DNA of 63,899 bases, counting the filler, from Aduncisulcus paluster (taxonomy: Eukaryota), in the NCBI GenBank assembly GCA_024181965.1. It is 19 parts of 19 records of this genome, joined end to end, with 100 filler letters (N's around TTAATTAATTAA, not from the genome) between each part and the next. Parts side by side here need not be neighbours in the genome. Positions count along the whole stretch, not along the records: positions 55,981 to 58,065 come from BQXS01000468.1; positions 58,166 to 59,653 come from BQXS01000469.1; positions 59,754 to 63,899 come from BQXS01000472.1; 16 more parts are not named here. One strand, given 5' to 3'. The position numbers were made by a program, and so were the translations under genes. Shown here piece after piece: positions 57,548 to 63,899 of this stretch; the stretch's first letter is position 1; every line of letters starts with the position of its first letter. Below the pieces are notes generated by a model that was given only the letters and a program-made list of their open reading frames with translations, was not told the origin of the DNA and searched no databases.

Positions 57548-57906
57548 CAATTGCAATCTCTACATTTTCCATTTACTATTACATTATTTACAAAATATCC
57601 ATCTAGTTTAATATCTAAATCTGATAGACATTCTATTTTATTGCAAATTACACAAACAAAATGTGCATGTTGTGTGAGTTGTAACTCAAAATATCTTTTT
57701 TTGTCATTTGATTCAAAAGAGTTTAAAATATCTTGTTCTTCAAATTTGGCAATATTTCTATAAAATGTTGCTTTATCCATTGAAATACTAGATTTTATAT
57801 CTTCATAACTTAATGGTTTTTTTGCTTTTTTAAATATCTCTAGTAAAGCAACTCTCGCTGTTGTTAGTTTAATTTTTTTATTTTTTATTATATCTTCTAC
57901 ATTCAT
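57547..57906 (-). CDS. Fur-family transcriptional regulator (Zur-like)
   Basis: KLTTARVALLE, DKATFYRN, HAHFVCVIC and a terminal CRDC. Confidence 0.9.
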   Translation of the reverse strand: MNVEDIIKNKKIKLTTARVALLEIFKKAKKPLSYEDIKSSISMDKATFYRNIAKFEEQDILNSFESNDKKRYFELQLTQHAHFVCVICNKIECLSDLDIKLDGYFVNNVIVNGKCRDCN

Positions 57907-57931
57907 ATAAAATTATATCATATTTTACTTT

Positions 57932-57994
57932 ATGCAACTCAGTTGCATTTAAGAGACTATACTATAAACTACAAAAAATGTAACTAGATTGCAA
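57932..57994. promoter_or_regulatory. Palindromic operator(s), probable Fur/Zur-family boxes
   Basis: Perfect ATGCAACT-C-AGTTGCAT at 57932-57948 and degenerate ATGTAACT-A-GATTGCAA at 57978-57994 in the divergent promoter. Confidence 0.7.
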
Positions 57995-58008
57995 TAAAAA
58001 GGAAAAAA

Positions 58009-58065
58009 ATGAAAAAATTATTAATGACTTTAGCCTTAAGTGCTACTTCATTTTTATATGCAAAT
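58009..58065 (+). CDS. Start of an exported protein (signal peptide), possibly a metal ABC transporter binding protein
   Basis: AAGGA RBS and MKKLLMTLALSATSFLYAN; function inferred only from context. Confidence 0.5.
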
Positions 58066-58165
58066 NNNNNNNNNNNNNNNNNNNNNNNNNNNNNNNNNNN
58101 NNNNNNNNNTTAATTAATTAANNNNNNNNNNNNNNNNNNNNNNNNNNNNNNNNNNNNNNNNNNNN

Positions 58166-59653
58166 CAGGCAAAAGGGGTTTGTGGAGATTCTATATGGTG
58201 GAAAGAAGAGCATAAGGAACATGTGACAACATCTGAAACCTTAGATCAATGGGAGAGAAGAAAAGAGGAAAACCCAGAGTCGGCGGATCTATCTTATCTT
58301 GACCTCATTGGTGGTCGAGGTTTGTTCTCAATATTGGACAGTGATTCCTCAAAGAGAATAAGTGGTAAGAAAAGCTTTATTTCGGAGCAGGACCGGAGAT
58401 CTACATTTAGTGGGGATCGGCAAGAAGAGTCCATAATTCCATACCGCCAATCTTTATCTTCTTCTATCTGGAACTCTATTCCTCCATGTCGAATGTTTTC
58501 TTCTCTATTCCTCGCCGTGTCAAGTCACACAAGACGCTACGAAGTTTCCTCAGAGGACATTGGATGCAGAATACTTATTTACATGTTCTCAATCAAACCG
58601 ACTCATTTCAGAGTTCTAGAAAGACTCATACAGGGAAAATCAGTTCTTAACGAATATGGAGATATCGTTTCTTCCCTCTTATTTCCCAAACCCATCCTCC
58701 CCCAACCTTCTCTCTTCTCCTCGCAGCTTCAGGAAGAACTGTCCTCTTCCTCCTCCTCTGCGAGTTCTAGTTTGAATGATTCCAACAGCTCTTCCCTCAC
58801 AACCTTCATGAATTCTCCCTCTTTCCTTGTATGTCCACCGCCTGTCTCCTCTCCTCCTTTCCTTGCTTCCCTTGCTATCGTTGGACAATGCACTGAGGGA
58901 CACACGCTGTCTGTCGAATACACATATGTGGGTGGTGAAGAAGGTGATTCACAGATACAGTGGTTCCACCAACACGAGAAGAAAAGAGTGTGGGAGTCTC
59001 CATCGTCTCGTCCGTTTTTTTCATTGATTCCTCATGCTACTGGGAATCAGTATAAGCTTGGCAGCGATGATGTGTTCTCATTCGTTGGTGTTCGAGTTAT
59101 TCCTGTAAATAAGAAAGGGGAGAGAGGCGCTGTGTTTACATGTTTAACGGGAACCTACATATACCCGTCGTTCCCTCGTATTCAAGCGCTTTCTGTGTGT
59201 ATGAGTGGATATGACCTTGTTACGAGTGTAGGAGCTGATAGTATGACGCAGAGGGAGATAGAAAGGGAGCCGGAAGGTGTGTTTCTCGATGGGAAAAGGC
59301 TTAGTATGGAACGTTTGCTTCAGTGGCAACAGAAAGAGATGAACGTGAAGCAAGAAGATGCAAAGCTAATATGTCAAGAATATGGTGCATGGAAAGAGAA
59401 AAAGAAAGAGCAGAAGCTAAGAATGCATGCCGAAAAGATCGATCGTGGAAGCAGCGTTGAGACTGACATTTCCGGTGGTGAGTGGAATGATGGAGCAAGC
59501 CAATGTAATATTGAAGATGACATTGATATTCTATTCTCCCAGCTTGAGGTCCTTGCTCAAAAGTATGATGAGACATCAGATCGAGCACATGCGACATGCG
59601 AAATGATATGCAAAGGTTGCGGAGTTCGAGTGCAGGGTCAGGCAATGAGATTT
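58166..59653 (+). CDS. AIR9-like protein fragment with an A9 Ig-like repeat
   Basis: LAIVGQCTEGHTLSVEYTYVGGEEGDSQIQWF...YKLGSDDV...VRVIPV; also YEVSSEDIGCRI. Confidence 0.7.
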
Positions 59654-59753
59654 NNNNNNNNNNNNNNNNNNNNNNNNNNNNNNNNNNNNNNNNNNNNTTA
59701 ATTAATTAANNNNNNNNNNNNNNNNNNNNNNNNNNNNNNNNNNNNNNNNNNNN

Positions 59754-60697
59754 ATTGCTAGCTCAAACACGACAGTTTTACCACTTCCTGTTGGCGCACT
59801 CACCACAACACTATCATTTGAGTTGAGAAGACACGGCAAAAGGAATGATTGAAGAGGATTGAACTTGGGAAATGGGAATAGAGACAAGAATTCAGGACTG
59901 ACGGCAAGTGAAGGCGGCACAATCTTGATTGTGGCTACATCAGGAGACAGTATTCCCACGGGAGCTAACGGGATTGGAGAAGGAGAAGGAGAAAAGTGTT
60001 TGGGGATAGAAGTCAAGGAATTACGAGTTGGAGGTGTAAAGGAGGGAGTCGCTTTAACTTCTTCTTTTCGAGAAATAGGGGGGTTAGAAATATATTTTAA
60101 ATCAATTTGTTGTTGTTTTTTATGCGAATATTCGTCAGAATGATTCTTTTTAGATCCTTCAAGGAAAGAATCCAATAATTCCAATGGAGAGTCGGATTCT
60201 AATAATTGAGTGACAGAAAAACTATCTGAATTAGGGTTATTATGTTCTTTTGATTCATGTTCTTCGGATTTTTCCGATTGAGATTCAGTTAATGAAGGAA
60301 AAGAAGTATTACTTCCTCCTGATATAACAGGTGATAATATTGGACTATGATCCACGGATTCAGGATTTTTATGAGATTTTTGAGGCTCTTTCGTCAGAGT
60401 ATCGTGTGTTGTTGATAAAATTGAGTCGACATATCCCATTGGATCATCATCAAGAGCAGAAGGGAACTCCAAATGAGTTTCAAAAGACGAATCTGGTTTT
60501 GAATGATTGCTTTTCTTAGGTTTTGATGGCGATTGAGTTGATATTTTTGTTGGAAGAGCTCGTCTTTTCGAGGGGGAAGGTGAGTCAATTATAGAATCAG
60601 AACTTCCAACAAAATCAGAAAATCCCAATGTATCTAATAAATCTGAAAAGTTTTGACTCAATGATTGCATGCAGAACGGATAAAATAAGGAAGACAT
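59754..60697 (-). CDS. MER3: Mer3/HFM1 meiotic DNA helicase, N-terminal part
   Basis: Disordered N-terminus, then FPFPKFNPLQS...VVVSAPTGSGKTVVFELA, a Ski2-like motif I with Mer3-typical context. Confidence 0.75.
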
Positions 60698-62063
60698 CAA
60701 TTACGGAGATCATTCTTCCGGCATTGTAAAATACTTGGAAAAACTCACATTATTATCTTAATTATTGTACAAAATGATGTTATAAGACAATTTCTTTATA
60801 AATAATGGTTAGGATATCTTTCATTTCCCACAATAACGCATTTCAATAAATTTGGAACGACACTGTGTTATAAAAATCAATTTATTGGATTTATTTAATT
60901 TTAAATGTGCTTGAACACTTTCGAATTGATAAATATAAAAAAAATAGAACAGCAGATCGTTGGTGATCGATAAATTCGAAGAGGAAAAGCATTGCAAAAC
61001 AAAAAAATGAAATAAGATGTAAAATTTGGTTGAAGGAACAAATAACTACTAGAGTCCACAACAAAAATCGATAGACAGTTACATAGAAAAGTGAAAAACA
61101 AAGAATATATTAAATCGGTGAAAAAACTACAGTCCACTCGACACATAATGAATATATCATTATTATTCACATTAATTACCATCACATATTGATCGAATCG
61201 ATTCGGAATAAATCTAAAAGATTGAACAAAGAAGGAAATAAGTTATAACAAAAAAATCGAGAGACACGCTCGAGTTATAAAAATTAAGTTCGAAGATCAT
61301 TAAATTAACGAACAAAAAAAACCCTATTAAGCATATTATAAACTATAATATTGACGGAAACAAAAAAAAAAAAAAATTTTCTACCTTAATCAAGTAGATT
61401 CGGATAATAAATATAGAATAAGAGAAGATTAAGAGCTCAATCAACAGAGAGAGCATCATAAAAATACACAATATACTAGATATCTAAATAAAAATATTGT
61501 TTTAGAAAATACGGATACGGAAATAGAAATGAGCTAAATATAATTGAGAAAGAAGGACTAAAAATAGAATATAACTAGTCCCCGAGAGAGAAACTGTGTC
61601 GAAAAACATCATATCGATAGATAAAAGTGAAAGGACAGGAAAAGGGGAACATTTATAGACATTCACATCTTATACATTTCAGAAACTGCAGAGCAACATT
61701 CCACGATACACATATAAGATATATTTAGACATCATATGAGAAACTAACCGGAGAAAGTGAGGAAATACCGACAAGAACTTTAACAATATCATTTTTAGAG
61801 CAAATGAATAATGAAGAACGTAAAATACGTAAACCGTGAATAGAAGGATATACTAAACTACAGATACTGTGCCGTGCCATACCATATAATCCCATTCCTG
61901 TATCAAAATGATAGTAAGTAGACCCGTTAGCTTGGAATAAAGAAGACAGACCAAAGAATATCAGTCAGAGAGATTGAGACGGGATAGATACGATAAATAT
62001 GATAGATTAGATTGATAATACAACTTCTACAAAGCTTTAGAGAAGAAAAAAAAGACCAGAGTG

Positions 62064-63275
62064 TCACATATCAAAGGCTGTCCAGAGCTTCGAGAGCTGA
62101 GAGGCAGAATAGGGGCATTTCCGACCTTTCAGAACAGACGGGGGCAGTGTGTGAATAAGAAGAGCAGAGTCATCCTCAGCGTATGAGTCAAAGTTCCTAG
62201 CATCTCCAGGACTGGTCACCCGAGGGATAATCGGTGGACGAACCATACGAACACGGAGCCAGCGCCACTCCACACCTTTGAACCAAGGGTGTTTGAGGAC
62301 TTCTGTGGCACGGATACTGCCGAGACGCTGGGCCTTGTTAGGATTCAAAAGAGCCCGAAGGAAAGACACGGTTGTCTTGTCCCAGGAGGAAGGGAAGTGG
62401 ATTCGGCCTTGCAATACCTTTTGATATGTCTGTTTGGTGTTGGCACCGTAGAAAGGAGGAACTCCAGCCAACATTTCATAAATCAGGACTCCAAAAGCCC
62501 ACCAGTCGGCAGCAAAGCTATGTCCGCTACCACGAATAATCTCTGGGGCTAGGTATTCAGGGGTTCCGCATAACGTATATGTCTGGTCTTCAATTTTTTT
62601 AGCAAATCCATAGTCAGCAAGCTTGATATGACCTTGCTTGTCGAGGAGAATGTTTTCCGGTTTCAAATCACGGTAAATAATATGTTTGGAATGAAGATAT
62701 TCTAGAACAGTAGCTAATTCAGCCGCATAAAACCTTGCGACTTCGAGGGGAAATTTGCGAGCACGTCGAAGATAAGAAAATAACTCACCACCTTGAACAA
62801 ATTCTGAGAGCATATGAACGTAATCAGAATCTTGAAAAGAAGCTTGTAAAGAAAGAGTAAAAGGGTGTTGAGTGATCTCTTGCAAAACTTTTAATTCAGC
62901 CAGGATGTGATCAACTTGAGAAAGAGCAATCAACGATTTTTTATGGACAGACTTCAGAGCAAAAAACTCTCCGGTCTTTTTATATTGAGTCAATCGCACT
63001 CTCCCTACAGTACCGGTACCAATAGTCCGTATGTGTCGAAAATCAGATAATTTAGCTAAAATTGAAACAAAGTAATATTTGAAGATGTAAAAAACAAATA
63101 AAACAGAAGAATCGCCAAAAAAATTGTTTTAAATGAAAAATAAAATCAATATAACCAGTTGTTGTGAGAATGTCATACGAGGAAGAAAATCAAAAGAAAT
63201 TTGATAAAAATACATACCATCTTTTGGAATTTTTCCAACTGAAGTTGAATGATCATCAGCAGAAAGCTGAGTCAT
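62064..63275 (-). CDS. cAMP-dependent protein kinase catalytic subunit (PKA/PRKX-like); intron 63056-63217
   Basis: Spliced MTQLSADD...AKLSDFRHIRTIGTGTVGRVRL; YRDLKPEN, DYGFAK, TYTLCGTPEYLAPE, DWWAFG and NFDSY. Confidence 0.93.
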
Positions 63276-63578
63276 TTCGAAAGTAAGCAAGAAGCCTATG
63301 ATCATGTTAAAATTAGAATGTTCGGAGTTTGGAATCTTCTCGAATAGGGAACAGAATCTGGAATACCAAACATCACTTAGAAAAAATAATTATTTGTATT
63401 TTTTCCATTATTAATCTACGAAGACTTTCTCAATATTTTTATTTTTCTGATGAGGCCTTCGCACGAGTTTTCATGTATTGGATGGACATTTAATTTAATT
63501 TTTGTACTCCTATAATTTTTCTCGGTCTTAAGATCTGCTTTTTTTCCAGTTTGCTCTCTCTGTTGGTTTTGATCAGGT

Positions 63579-63647
63579 TTATTTATAGGACGTAACAGGT
63601 TCTCGCTAAATTTTTAAACACTAGGATTTTACGATAAATTGTTTCAG
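63579..63647. repeat. Dispersed 69-bp conserved element, copy 2
   Basis: Gapless match to 47383-47451. Confidence 0.85.
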
Positions 63648-63899
63648 TAAAATTGGGTTTAATTTGCGAGATTTTTGGGTGTTTTTTGGCTGAAAGAACT
63701 AAAAGCTTAGGTGACTACCCTTGCTCTTTGGTTCTTTCTTTTGGATTAAATTCCAGCTGTAAGACGATACACAAGTCGCTTCTCTTATGCACAGGCCTCT
63801 TCCAAGCCCACATAGAAGGGTAGATGCCCATCTACGTGATCTCTCTTCTCAGAGAAGACTTCTCTGGTTCGGCCAGGTACCATGAAATCGGTTCCATTC

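Noticed and set aside
54085-58065. Bacterial genes as lateral transfers into the eukaryote
   Set aside because: They occupy their own contigs with operon structure and no linkage to eukaryotic sequence.
60730-62060. Long A-rich non-coding stretch and ORF 60901..61185
   Set aside because: No repeats or structure seen; consistent with the PKA 3' UTR or intergenic DNA.
63457-63482. CTGATGAGGCC hammerhead-like core; also GGACGAAAC at 47392
   Set aside because: No stem II-GAAA follows the first; the second has no CTGANGA partner and is altered in the other copy.

Overview
The window is not one locus. It is 19 contigs or scaffolds joined by 100-nt spacers (N-runs around a TTAATTAATTAA all-frame stop), so adjacency across spacers means nothing. 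Seventeen pieces come from an intron-poor, flagellated, standard-code unicellular eukaryote. The expanded LRR, kinase and orphan families look to me like a free-living fornicate such as Aduncisulcus, but that is an inference. Eukaryotic genes include an axonemal dynein heavy chain, LRR surface proteins, a Gly-rich/PA14 protein, SmD1, CCDC61/VFL3, TBCA, calpain, a PIG-H-like protein, a bacterial-type UPRT, PP1, a saposin-like protein, a Bub2-like GAP, an AIR9-like protein, Mer3, PKA, and a 534-bp 5S rDNA tandem array. Mobile DNA includes several Ty3/Gypsy fragments (one nested, with a candidate 76-bp LTR), a CACTA-like end and a Helitron/hAT-like end. Two contigs (54085-58065) are from a co-assembled Campylobacterota-like bacterium (wecB, ORF6N, ddl, ruvA, cheZ-like, fur/zur). 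The strongest candidate for a new system is a spliced gene at 12223-13023 (minus strand), only partly captured by the ORF track. Its N-terminal ~235 aa resemble Fanzor1 RNA-guided nucleases, but the RuvC domain and omegaRNA would lie beyond the contig edge, so the call is unconfirmed. Five introns were reconstructed by hand, all with GTATGT donors. Several local duplications are probably assembly artifacts.
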